IMG/VR virus record: IMGVR_UViG_3300022660_000043
Length of the DNA: 64,000 nt
From: a virus
Taxonomy: Duplodnaviria > Caudoviricetes
Reading direction: 5' to 3' (one strand)
The notes beneath the pieces were generated by a model. The model worked only from the letters and a program-made list of their open reading frames with translations. It made no database searches and was not told where the DNA came from. The position numbers and the translations under genes are program-made. Below, piece by piece: positions 28,025-37,228 of this stretch (the stretch's first letter is position 1; each line of letters opens with the position of its first letter).

Positions 28025-28486
28025 CTAACACTCCTTTTCTATAAGTTGTCTTAAAATTCCATCATCTGACCTCATATAAATAACACCATTCTTATTTATT
28101 ATACGATTAATACCTGCATTTTTAATTAGGCGCAAACAAATCTCACAGGGCCAAGCTTCACACTCAAGGGCTATGCCAGATTTTACATCATAACCTGAAA
28201 GATAAAGATCTGCTCCAATCATATCTTTACGTGACGCACTGAGCAAAGCATTCATTTCTGCATGAACTGCGGGACAAGTTTCAAAAGTAGCCATATCTTT
28301 GCCACTATTACATTTAGTACATACTGCACAATGTGCTTCACCTCTAGGTGGATTATTATAGCCAGTACTGAGAATCTCTCCCTCCGAAACTACCACCGCT
28401 CCATAATGTTTTCTAAGACAAGTAGATCTTTCAGAAACTGCTTTAGCTATATTAAGATAATATTCATCTAATGACGGTCTTTTCAT
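28025..28486 (-). CDS. dCMP deaminase
   Basis: RSTC, TGYN, HAEMNA, PCEIC. Confidence 0.9.
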   Translation of the reverse strand: MKRPSLDEYYLNIAKAVSERSTCLRKHYGAVVVSEGEILSTGYNNPPRGEAHCAVCTKCNSGKDMATFETCPAVHAEMNALLSASRKDMIGADLYLSGYDVKSGIALECEAWPCEICLRLIKNAGINRIINKNGVIYMRSDDGILRQLIEKEC

Positions 28487-28529
28487 AATTCCTCCTATTG
28501 AAAATATTACTCATTTTATAATACAATAA

Positions 28530-28555
28530 AAGCAGGCTATTTTTCAAGCCTGCTT
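28530..28555 (-). terminator. Intrinsic terminator
   Basis: aagcaggct/agcctgctt inverted repeat. Confidence 0.55.
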
Positions 28556-28559
28556 AGCT

Positions 28560-28829
28560 TTAAAGCGGAATTATTTCAACTTTAGGTAATCTCTGACTAG
28601 GTGTTTCAGAACTCGGCTGCTTCACCACAGAAGCCTTAAAATCTTTAATAAAAGCAATAGCTTCCTTGCATTCATCACAAACCCAAGGATAATAATTACA
28701 ACCATAAGGAACCTCTCGTACATTATCACAAAGTAGACACCCTTGCATTGCTTTTATTGGCCCTATTTCAAGAGTTCTTACCTCTGTAGGGTCTATATCC
28801 AATTTTGTTGTACTCTTTTCTGAATCCAT
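28560..28829 (-). CDS. Small zinc-ribbon protein
   Basis: CLLC..VCDECKEAI. Confidence 0.55.
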   Translation of the reverse strand: MDSEKSTTKLDIDPTEVRTLEIGPIKAMQGCLLCDNVREVPYGCNYYPWVCDECKEAIAFIKDFKASVVKQPSSETPSQRLPKVEIIPL

Positions 28830-29377
28830 TACATCTCCTCATAAGCTTTCTTTAGAAATTCTGTATTATTTTTATACCACTCAAAAAATGCTTCTTCACC
28901 GCAGGTAACTAAATTCATAATCATCTTATCAAGAAATTCTTCAGAGGCAGGATGCTGAATTCTTTTACCTTTGCATTTATTTTCCCAATAATCTAAAAGT
29001 ATTTCAGGGACCCATCTATCAGGATTATATGCCTTTGAGGCACCGAGCATATCGCAAAAGCTTTCAATAATATATTTATAAGGCATCTTCATAGGAATGA
29101 TTTTACCTTCTTCATCCTCATCCCACCAGTACTGAAAGTGATGTTTATTAGTATGATAATGATGAATCCAAGAAGGTGAGTATCCAAGCTGTTCACGCGC
29201 TACTTGGTGAGGGCTCTTTCTACCGGTATAATATTTACAAATCTTCATTTCAGTAATAGAATACTTACTAAGATCATGTACTAAGCCTTGCCAGATAAGC
29301 CCCATCTTAAAGCAGGCTTTTCTAACAAACTTTCTATGGGTTCTGATAATTTTAAGATGCTTACAGAATTCCTTCAT
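28829..29377 (-). CDS. DUF5662-like HD-superfamily protein
   Basis: H..HDLSKY, WIHH..NKHH, ESFCD. Confidence 0.7.
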   Translation of the reverse strand: MKEFCKHLKIIRTHRKFVRKACFKMGLIWQGLVHDLSKYSITEMKICKYYTGRKSPHQVAREQLGYSPSWIHHYHTNKHHFQYWWDEDEEGKIIPMKMPYKYIIESFCDMLGASKAYNPDRWVPEILLDYWENKCKGKRIQHPASEEFLDKMIMNLVTCGEEAFFEWYKNNTEFLKKAYEEM

Positions 29378-29669
29378 TTATATACTCCTCAGGTACTGGA
29401 ATAGAAATAAAATCTTCATGCAGATAACAAAACAATTTATGATAATTTGGCAAAGCAACAAGCTCGCCCTCTAAACACTTTAAATTTACTCGCTTCAAAG
29501 ATTCAGCAAGCACCTTATCTAAGTATTCATTTGCTTTCTTCTTAGCTTCTTCTGCACGCTCAATTTCCATCTGCCAAAGTTTAACACTCTCAACAGCAGC
29601 TAAAATCTCGTTAGTCTCAGCAAGAGTAACAACGTTAGCTGTCAATTTGTTCATCGGGATTTTCGTCAT
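29361..29669 (-). CDS. Hypothetical protein
   Basis: Overlapping gene chain with SD. Confidence 0.55.
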   Translation of the reverse strand: MTKIPMNKLTANVVTLAETNEILAAVESVKLWQMEIERAEEAKKKANEYLDKVLAESLKRVNLKCLEGELVALPNYHKLFCYLHEDFISIPVPEEYINEGIL

Positions 29670-29913
29670 TAGGCTCCTCCAAAAATACTATTTTTTCTAT
29701 ATCGTCAACACTAAACTCTAAAGATAATGCTAAAGTCTTTTCCTTTTCGATTCTAAATGCACGAAATTTTTTAGTCCAAATACCTTTCTTATTTTGAGTC
29801 ACTGTTAAATTTGTAACTTGCCAAGGCTTCCATTTACCAGCTTCTCCATAGTACCAAGATCTTGCCCAAATTATATCGCCTACGGAACAAGGTAGCTCAA
29901 TTATGGTTTTCAC
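29635..29913 (-). CDS. Hypothetical phage protein (LPC.VGD motif)
   Basis: IELPCSVGDIIW..IVFL, a common phage motif. Confidence 0.55.
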   Translation of the reverse strand: MKTIIELPCSVGDIIWARSWYYGEAGKWKPWQVTNLTVTQNKKGIWTKKFRAFRIEKEKTLALSLEFSVDDIEKIVFLEEPNDENPDEQIDS

Positions 29914-30056
29914 TCAGCCACCTCCTTAAGATAGGCTTCGAGAGCTAAACGGATAAGTAAACTTAACGTAATGTCTTTTTCTTCTGCAGCAAGCTTAGCT
30001 TTGTCGATCAGCTCTTTTGAAGCATCAAAATTAACTCGCACTCGTTCTTTTTTCAT
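29910..30056 (-). CDS. Ribbon-helix-helix protein, 48 aa (not in ORF track)
   Basis: MKKERVRVNFDASKELIDKAKLAAEEKDITLSLLIRLALEAYLKEVAE; GAGG SD; paralogue of 26859..27011. Confidence 0.8.
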   Translation of the reverse strand: MKKERVRVNFDASKELIDKAKLAAEEKDITLSLLIRLALEAYLKEVAE

Positions 30057-30747
30057 TATCTAAGTACCTCCACATAAAGCCGCCTGTTTGATGCAGCTTG
30101 CCTGTACAACATTTACTAATATTTTGGTGCTTAATTCCAGTTGATCTTTCTGCCTCAGAGCATGAGCTAAATTCTGCTACAAACTTCCCATCTTTTGTAT
30201 ATTGTAATACACGTTTAGGTTGTCCTTTACTTGCTCCAATAGGCTTTATTTGATAGCTATCATAATCCTCTACGTGGCACCAATAAAATCCATTAGCTGA
30301 ATTTATTGTACCTAAGCAGCAATGACTAATATTAGCTTGACTAATCCCTGTAATTCTTTCCGCCTGTCTAGTGGATTCATATATAGCTAATATATTTTTA
30401 TTGGCATCTAGTTGGTAGATAGCTTTTTGGAAATGCTGAGGCATACTACCACCTAAGCTCGTATTATAGCCACGATTAATACTATCAAACTTAGCAATGT
30501 AATATTGTTCTCGTAAATTTGCATGCTCTGCAGAAATACAGTATTCTAAAATTTCATGATTAAATGAATCCCAACCGTACTTACGAATTGCACTGTGAAA
30601 CTTAGGCTGATTTACGTAACCATTGCCTTTTTGCCAACGTTTTTCAGGATCTTTAACTTGTACCGTTTGGCCTATATAGCACTTATTATTTTTAATATTA
30701 GTATGTCTATAAATTAAATGAGTAAACATCATCATCACCCCACTCAT
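30031..30747 (-). CDS. GIY-YIG homing endonuclease with two NUMOD1-like repeats
   Basis: LIYRHTN..YIGQT, KYGWDSF, GYN, STRQAERITG..NISHCC. Confidence 0.88.
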   Translation of the reverse strand: MSGVMMMFTHLIYRHTNIKNNKCYIGQTVQVKDPEKRWQKGNGYVNQPKFHSAIRKYGWDSFNHEILEYCISAEHANLREQYYIAKFDSINRGYNTSLGGSMPQHFQKAIYQLDANKNILAIYESTRQAERITGISQANISHCCLGTINSANGFYWCHVEDYDSYQIKPIGASKGQPKRVLQYTKDGKFVAEFSSCSEAERSTGIKHQNISKCCTGKLHQTGGFMWRYLDNEKRTSAS

Positions 30748-30785
30748 TTAATTTAGCATATTTTTACGTAAAATTTATACAAAAA

Positions 30786-31631
30786 TTACTCAGCTACTTG
30801 AAACTTAGTTGCAAGCTTTGTAGATTCATAACCGACAAGCTCAAAATCATCTTCAGTGAAATCATAAAAATCTTTTACCTCAGAATTAAGCTTAAGCTGT
30901 GGGCCAGGATATTCAGGATTCTGAATAACCTCTTTGACAAGCTCTACATGACGATCATAAATATGAAGGTTATTTACAATATGTACAAGCTCTCCGGGTT
31001 GATAACCACAAACCTGAGCAAGCATATGTACAAGCAGCGCATACTGAATTGTGTCCCAACCACCAGAAGAGGCTGCAGCAAGTAAATCACCGGATCTTTG
31101 AATTACTGTACAATTAAGCTTTCCGTCTGTCACATCCCAAAGAGTTTCATATACACAAGGCGGAAGGTTCATTTCATGAAGATCCTGAGGACACCACATA
31201 GTAGTAATCATTCTACGATCCATAGGCTTGTTCTTCAGAAGATAAATAAGGTTATCTACCTGATCAAACTTACCATAACCATAATCAGAAATCTTACCAA
31301 GCTGATAGCCATAGGTTTTACCAATGGTTCCGTCGTCGCCTTCCCAGGCTCTCCAAATAGCAGCAGACTTTCCAAGCTCGTCTACTACATTAGACTTCTT
31401 CTGCCACATCCAAAGTAGCTCCCTTACTACCCCCTTAAAAGCTTGAGTTCTAAGAGTAAGAATAGGAAATTCCTTGGAAAGATCATAGCGTCTTACAGCG
31501 CAAAAAGTTTTAATAGTATGAGCCGGAGTACCATCAGGCCACTTAGGTCTTACCGAATAATCCTTATCATTAAAACCATTAGTAAGAAGCTCATTAACTT
31601 CATTCTTAAAATAAATATCGGCAACTGACAT
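30786..31631 (-). CDS. thyA: Thymidylate synthase family enzyme (Asn->Asp at the nucleotide-specificity site; possible dCMP methylase)
   Basis: FPILT, ELLW, YGYQ, RRM, LPPC, QRSGD, HIYDRH; likely start MSVAD. Confidence 0.9.
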   Translation of the reverse strand: MSVADIYFKNEVNELLTNGFNDKDYSVRPKWPDGTPAHTIKTFCAVRRYDLSKEFPILTLRTQAFKGVVRELLWMWQKKSNVVDELGKSAAIWRAWEGDDGTIGKTYGYQLGKISDYGYGKFDQVDNLIYLLKNKPMDRRMITTMWCPQDLHEMNLPPCVYETLWDVTDGKLNCTVIQRSGDLLAAASSGGWDTIQYALLVHMLAQVCGYQPGELVHIVNNLHIYDRHVELVKEVIQNPEYPGPQLKLNSEVKDFYDFTEDDFELVGYESTKLATKFQVAE

Positions 31632-31709
31632 ATTAATTCTCCTTAATAAAATTCTACAATATATAATACAATAAAAGGCAACCATATTTTATGATCGCCT
31701 TTGTTTTTA

Positions 31710-32201
31710 TTAATTTTCTTCTTTAAGAGCTCTCTTAATTGCTGCAAGAAGCTCTTCATATCTCTGTTTAGTATTCTTATGAAAAATAATTGTTTTCTTA
31801 TGGTCCTCATACCACTTGAAAATCTCATCAAGTTTACCTTGTTTATGACTGAAAGACCAGTGATCACAGAGCATTTCGATAATGTACTCTTCTGGCATTT
31901 CAAGAGCATGAGTACCATCATCATCGTTAATCAGTACCCAATGCTGCCAATGATGAGGGTTTGCATGAATATGATGAAGCCAAGCAAAATTGAACTGCTC
32001 TTCTACTTCTTTAGTCTTAGACTTGCCATAAAAATATTTGTCATAAGCATCATACTCTTCATTGCCCCATTTACTTACGTCATGAATATCAATTACCTGA
32101 CGATACTGATCTTTGATAATCTTATGGTCTACAAGCCACTGATAAGCAGTTTCTACTGCTGTACGATGCTCAATAATATAATTGTCGTAATTTTTACTCA
32201 T
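31710..32201 (-). CDS. DUF5662-like HD-superfamily protein
   Basis: H..HDVSKW, WLHHIHANPHHWQHW, EMLCD. Confidence 0.7.
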   Translation of the reverse strand: MSKNYDNYIIEHRTAVETAYQWLVDHKIIKDQYRQVIDIHDVSKWGNEEYDAYDKYFYGKSKTKEVEEQFNFAWLHHIHANPHHWQHWVLINDDDGTHALEMPEEYIIEMLCDHWSFSHKQGKLDEIFKWYEDHKKTIIFHKNTKQRYEELLAAIKRALKEEN

Positions 32202-32716
32202 ACTAACTCCAATCTAGAAAGTTTATTTTTTAGATCCTCAAGACTACCTGTATTATAAATAATATGATCAAAATCAAAATTATCAAGAGCAGTTTCTGAA
32301 GGATGTTGTTTCTGAGTCTCACTAAGACCATTATCAAAATCTGGTCTAATAACTCTAATTAAAGTTGTGTCAAAGTTTGCTCTCATCTTCTCAACCTCAT
32401 TTACAAAACGACAATCAGGAATAATTACTACATCCCAAGAGTCCTCAAAAAGATTAAGAATACTGATAATAAAATCTACCCAAAAATCAGGCTGTTTAGC
32501 ACAAACTGTATTTGTTCCTACTTGCTGAAGAAGTGTTCTGCCATAATCGTCTTTCTCACCATTCCAGCCGAAAAAAGTCTTACAAATATACTTAAGTAGA
32601 TCTGCGTAGTGAGTAATCAAAACTCTTTTACCCTTCGCCTTATAAGTCTCTTCAAGAATTAAAGCTGAAGTATCTTTACCATGCTGAGCTTTTGCACTGA
32701 TTAAAATAACTTTCAT
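32198..32716 (-). CDS. Deoxynucleoside monophosphate kinase
   Basis: SAKAQHGKDT, YADLLK, RTLLQ, IPDCRFVNE, HPSE. Confidence 0.85.
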   Translation of the reverse strand: MKVILISAKAQHGKDTSALILEETYKAKGKRVLITHYADLLKYICKTFFGWNGEKDDYGRTLLQQVGTNTVCAKQPDFWVDFIISILNLFEDSWDVVIIPDCRFVNEVEKMRANFDTTLIRVIRPDFDNGLSETQKQHPSETALDNFDFDHIIYNTGSLEDLKNKLSRLELV

Positions 32717-32858
32717 AATTTTCTCCCAAAAAATATATTCAATATAAAATACAATATTAATAATTATATTTTTAAAAATCTTAAAATAATTTTTATAAAG
32801 CTTTATATATAATACTTTATAATAAATATATAATATAAAGCTTTATATAATATATTAT

Positions 32859-34454
32859 TTAATTTTTAAAAATTGTAACATTTTCGTGAATTTCTTTAAG
32901 CATCTTATTTTTAACTGCGCGATACTTCTTTATAAGCATTTCATAAATATCTGAATGATCATCTTCAAGCTCTTTGATAAGTTTTTGCAAATCTAGAATT
33001 TCTTGATCATGTGCTTTTGTTAAATAAGACATTGGCTTTTTAAGCACTTCTTTTGCTACTTCAGTAGTACCTGCTTTAAAACGCGTAGCTATATAGTTTA
33101 CAGCATCATCATAAGAAAGGTCAAAAATATCTTTCCAATTATTTGTCTTTTTAAGACTCTCAATGATTTGAAGTACAAGAAGTCTGTCTCTATTTTCTGC
33201 AATCTGCTGTACAAGCCTGTTATTATGAGTGTCAATTAGATATTTTAAATTTGCCTTTACAACACTATGAAAACTTGTAGGTACATAAATATATTGCTGA
33301 TCAAAGAAAGCCATATTATAAGCTTCTGAGGCTTGTAATTTAGTGTATAAACGCTTGTAAAGCTCTTGCATATTACATTGCTTTTTGTAGACCTTTTCTA
33401 TTACAATGCGGGTGTCATAAGTAGATTCGTCTCTAAGATCTGCCTTATCCAGCAAAATTTCTTTTTCTATGATTTTGCGTACGTGTTCTACAGTTTTAGA
33501 AGGTGGCAAGGCTGTGATAGTAATAGTACCATCTTTATCAATAGTCATTTTAGGGGCAAGTCTAATACTTCCTTTTCCCGTTTGAAGTACGTTTTCCCAC
33601 TCAGCCTTAGACGATAAAATATCTGTTCCTATATTAGGAATAGGTAATTTTTTAGGCTTATGATCAAGGTCTTTTGCTTTAAGCACTTCAATATAGTAAT
33701 CAAACATGCCAGCAATATCAAGACAAGGGATATTAAGCTTAGGAAGACCTGCCGGAATACCGCTCTGACCATTAATAAAGCAGAGAGGCAAAAGAGTAGG
33801 CAAAGCTTCAGGTTCAGGCTTATCCAGCTCACCGGTAATATAATTACAATATTCAATACTATCACAGAGCAAACTAATAGCAGTATCGGAAATCATACCT
33901 CCGATATAACGATCGGCAGACGGCTGAATATCTTTAGAGCTATCTCCCCAGTTTCCCTGAGTCTTCATAAACTTAAATTTATTGCCACCATCACCAAGAG
34001 CTACAATAACCCCTGAAATAGATGTAGGATGCGGGTGATATGGCAGGGCTGCGGCAGCAAGTTCTGCTACCTTTACAATACTTCTTGGAGAGTCTTTCCA
34101 CATGCCGTAAATAGCTCTCTTATAAGAAGATTTTGCGCCATCAATTATGCAAGGATAAGCTCTACCTTGTGAAATATATTTACCATATTCTCTATAATTT
34201 TCACGCGCAAGCTCAAGAGCATCTTTTTGCAAAAGCGCATGTACCACCGGTTTTGTTTTGGTAGTTTTAGGCTTTGAAACAACTGTTTTGTTTGCATTAA
34301 CTTTTTCAGTTGTCATGACTTTTACTTTTACAGTTTCAAGCTCAGAACTTGCCACATCGTCCATTTTTTGCTCCTGAGGCTCGTTTAGACTTTCGCTAAA
34401 CAAGTCAAAGACCCCCAGGTCAAAACTCGATGTAGGTACCTTATTTTTAGCCAC
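32859..34454 (-). CDS. gyrA: Type IIA topoisomerase subunit A (GyrA/ParC-like, no beta-pinwheel CTD)
   Basis: RAYPCIIDGAK, YHPH, QGNWG, catalytic ADRY, LPLCFING..GI. Confidence 0.85.
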   Translation of the reverse strand: MAKNKVPTSSFDLGVFDLFSESLNEPQEQKMDDVASSELETVKVKVMTTEKVNANKTVVSKPKTTKTKPVVHALLQKDALELARENYREYGKYISQGRAYPCIIDGAKSSYKRAIYGMWKDSPRSIVKVAELAAAALPYHPHPTSISGVIVALGDGGNKFKFMKTQGNWGDSSKDIQPSADRYIGGMISDTAISLLCDSIEYCNYITGELDKPEPEALPTLLPLCFINGQSGIPAGLPKLNIPCLDIAGMFDYYIEVLKAKDLDHKPKKLPIPNIGTDILSSKAEWENVLQTGKGSIRLAPKMTIDKDGTITITALPPSKTVEHVRKIIEKEILLDKADLRDESTYDTRIVIEKVYKKQCNMQELYKRLYTKLQASEAYNMAFFDQQYIYVPTSFHSVVKANLKYLIDTHNNRLVQQIAENRDRLLVLQIIESLKKTNNWKDIFDLSYDDAVNYIATRFKAGTTEVAKEVLKKPMSYLTKAHDQEILDLQKLIKELEDDHSDIYEMLIKKYRAVKNKMLKEIHENVTIFKN

Positions 34455-34467
34455 AGTTCATCCCTCC

Positions 34468-35205
34468 TTATTCTGTTAATGTTTTTCTAGTATGCCCACA
34501 AATTAAATTTCGGAAGCTTCCGAGGGACATGCCACAATTTTTATATTCTTCGTATAAATTTTTCATGGTTTCTCCATTATGATAACGCTGTCTTATATAT
34601 AATACAGTTTGATCTGATAGTTTACTTCTAGGATTCTTTTCATTTGGGAAGCTATACAAAAGTCTTGCATTATTTTTATGCCAAAGCTTTACTTCTTCAG
34701 TATTTAACTCTGTAAGGACTGTTGGCCACGTTTCCCATGAATATATTTTTTTAAAGCCTGACTTTTGAATCTTATCAGAATAATCTTCATAAATATCTTG
34801 TACAGACTCAACACAAGCTGCATATCTATATCGAATATCTTTGACGTCTGCTTCTGTTACTTTATGGTTATGATGTTGTTCCCCAAATATGCCAGAGACT
34901 CCTTCTCCACCTAAAGTAGCATTATATCCATTATTATAAGTATCATAAAAGCTAATCCAGTAAATTTCTCTGGCATCTAAGACTTTACGGTCTTTAGTAA
35001 AGAGCTCTTCAAGCACTTCAACTTCGAAGTTGTCTTTTCCATATTTTCGTATAGCTCTATATAAAGCTTTATTGTACTCAATATCCTGTTCACAGTCTAA
35101 AGAAGCACGTCTAAAGTGTGATTTTAAACGTGCCTCAATATTAACAGATTTTCCTATGTAGGCGTGATGTGTAATTTTATTAGTTATTTTATATATGCCA
35201 ATCAT
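34468..35205 (-). CDS. GIY-YIG homing endonuclease between the topoisomerase genes
   Basis: GIYKITN..YIGKS, KYGKDNF, GYNATLGG. Confidence 0.88.
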   Translation of the reverse strand: MIGIYKITNKITHHAYIGKSVNIEARLKSHFRRASLDCEQDIEYNKALYRAIRKYGKDNFEVEVLEELFTKDRKVLDAREIYWISFYDTYNNGYNATLGGEGVSGIFGEQHHNHKVTEADVKDIRYRYAACVESVQDIYEDYSDKIQKSGFKKIYSWETWPTVLTELNTEEVKLWHKNNARLLYSFPNEKNPRSKLSDQTVLYIRQRYHNGETMKNLYEEYKNCGMSLGSFRNLICGHTRKTLTE

Positions 35206-35259
35206 TTTAAACTCCTTTCACTTCTCCGAGTCCTCAATAAATTTAGCATATATTTGTAG

Positions 35260-37137
35260 TTAATTTTCACTGATAATTAAACCTAATCCACGCAATAATT
35301 CTCCCTTACCTTCTGAGGTACCAAGAATACGATTAAACTCATCAATATCACTGGGATAGTCAACCTGTAAGACTTTTCGTGTTGCTTTGTTTACTAAGAA
35401 GTGATATAACTGATCGGGATTCATAGCTCCTAAGCCCTTAAATCTTTCTACTTTAACACCGTTCGGTATATCTTCTACTTCATCGCACCAGCCATACTCT
35501 CCTTTTTTTGTTTCCCAACAATAAAGAGGTGGAAGTGACACATACACTCTTCCCTGCTTTACCATATCTGGAAACAAATTTACAAATACAGCAAGAACAA
35601 GGCAGTTAATCTGAAGACCATCGGGGTCTGCGTCCGCAGAAATAATAATTTTATCATATCTTGACTTAGAAGCATCACACTGAGGTCCGATACCGCAACC
35701 GATAGAATTGGCAATATCACAAATTTCCTTATTCTTGATAACTTCTTTAATATCTTTATAAGTAGTATTTAAGATCTTTCCACGGATAGGAAGTACTGCC
35801 TGAGTCTCTTTATCTCGTACATACAAATAAGGACCCATAGCTGAATCACCTTCAACAATAAACAACTCAGTATTATCACGCTTTTTCGAAGTACACTCTA
35901 CAAGCTTTGATACTACAGATCTTCTGCGGATGCTGTCAGAATTATCCTCATTAATTTTAATAAGGCTGCTGAGCTCTTTTTGATTAAGGAGCGCATTTTG
36001 GGACAAACGATATTCCTCAAAACGCTTCATAAGCTGCTGAGCAATTAGTACGTTATTTTCAAGGTACTTAGCAAGCTGCTTTGAGAACTTGTCCATAAGC
36101 TCGTCAAAATAAGCTTTATTTACAACCAACTTTTCCTTAGTCTGAGAAGAAAATTCAGGCTTAGAAATAAATACAGCACAAACACCCCTAAGACCAACAA
36201 GATAATCTGAAGGCTTAAGCTCTACAACAGGACGCAAGTTTTTGTGCTTATTAATAAAAGCTTCCCACGTAGAAATAACAGCCTTAGACATTGCTTGTAC
36301 ATGAGTACCCCCGAGATAGTTAGACAAAAGGTTAGTGTAACCAAAATAACGATCCTTCGTATCAGAAGTATATCTTAGAGCAACTTTCATCATTTCCTTT
36401 GCTTCATTTTCTACTTTTATTTCAGGAATATCAGCATAGGTTGCAATTTTAGAATCTTCCTCATGAATTAGGTCGAACATTGTGATATTATCTGCAATAT
36501 CTACAAGCTTATCATCTACCATCAGATGTGCCTTAAATCCAAGAGCAGACGCAATCTTACATCTATTTTCAATAAAGCTGATCGGAATGACAGCAGATTT
36601 AAACATTGTTGGGTCTGGCGTAAAAATTACCTCAGTTCCGTCTTGTTCTGTTGTTGATCCTTTCTTTAATTCTAGGTCACCTGTATTTTTTGTATGTACA
36701 GATACAAACTTATTTTTTCTGATAGATTTAATCTGTAACGAAGTAGAAAGTGCATTGGTAATAGTAAGTCCGAGACCATTTAAGCCAGAAGAATAATTAT
36801 AACTTGAATTGTCAAACTTACCACCAGAATTAGACTTAGTAATCAGAATCTCAAGAATTTCTTTCTTTTCTCCAGTTTCTAAAGTCTTTGTACCGTGAGG
36901 AATCCCACGACCGAAATCTCTTACTCTGTAGGTATTTTTTACAGTATCTACATATACTCTAAGTTCTGGGCTATAACCCGCCTGTACTTCGTCAATAGCA
37001 TTATCAAAAATTTCAGACAGCAGCTGTCTAGGGTCTTGGCCATCACCAATATACATTCCGCGTCTCAATCTAATATGACTTACATCATCCAGAACTTTGA
37101 TATTATCTGCTGAATATCCCATAAATTCTCCTTTCAA
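35260..37137 (-). CDS. gyrB: Type IIA topoisomerase subunit B (GyrB/ParE-like)
   Basis: EIFDNAIDE, DFGRGIP, GGKF, VEGDSA, PIRGKILN, DADPDG, RFKGLG. Confidence 0.92.
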   Translation of the reverse strand: MKGEFMGYSADNIKVLDDVSHIRLRRGMYIGDGQDPRQLLSEIFDNAIDEVQAGYSPELRVYVDTVKNTYRVRDFGRGIPHGTKTLETGEKKEILEILITKSNSGGKFDNSSYNYSSGLNGLGLTITNALSTSLQIKSIRKNKFVSVHTKNTGDLELKKGSTTEQDGTEVIFTPDPTMFKSAVIPISFIENRCKIASALGFKAHLMVDDKLVDIADNITMFDLIHEEDSKIATYADIPEIKVENEAKEMMKVALRYTSDTKDRYFGYTNLLSNYLGGTHVQAMSKAVISTWEAFINKHKNLRPVVELKPSDYLVGLRGVCAVFISKPEFSSQTKEKLVVNKAYFDELMDKFSKQLAKYLENNVLIAQQLMKRFEEYRLSQNALLNQKELSSLIKINEDNSDSIRRRSVVSKLVECTSKKRDNTELFIVEGDSAMGPYLYVRDKETQAVLPIRGKILNTTYKDIKEVIKNKEICDIANSIGCGIGPQCDASKSRYDKIIISADADPDGLQINCLVLAVFVNLFPDMVKQGRVYVSLPPLYCWETKKGEYGWCDEVEDIPNGVKVERFKGLGAMNPDQLYHFLVNKATRKVLQVDYPSDIDEFNRILGTSEGKGELLRGLGLIISEN

Positions 37138-37155
37138 ATTGATAGTTCTACTATA

Positions 37156-37166
37156 TATTATACAAT
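37156..37166 (-). promoter_or_regulatory. ATYGTATWATA promoter-like motif (representative; also at 57, 2594, 6651, 9126, 18483, 22064, 22348, 28517, 31662, 57210)
   Basis: Recurs upstream of gene starts; contains a TATAAT/TATTAT -10-like core. Confidence 0.6.
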
Positions 37167-37167
37167 A

Positions 37168-37217
37168 AAGTTAAAAATAAAAAGACACGTTAAAACGTGT
37201 CTTTTTATTTTTAACTT
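37168..37217. terminator. 24-bp perfect inverted repeat, likely bidirectional terminator at the module boundary
   Basis: aagttaaaaataaaaagacacgtt-aa-aacgtgtctttttatttttaactt. Confidence 0.7.
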
Positions 37218-37228
37218 AAATAACTTTA

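Noticed and set aside
27776-28486. Readthrough fusion of dCMP deaminase with the downstream in-frame ORF
   Set aside because: The downstream ORF has its own AAGGAG SD, and the deaminase is already complete.
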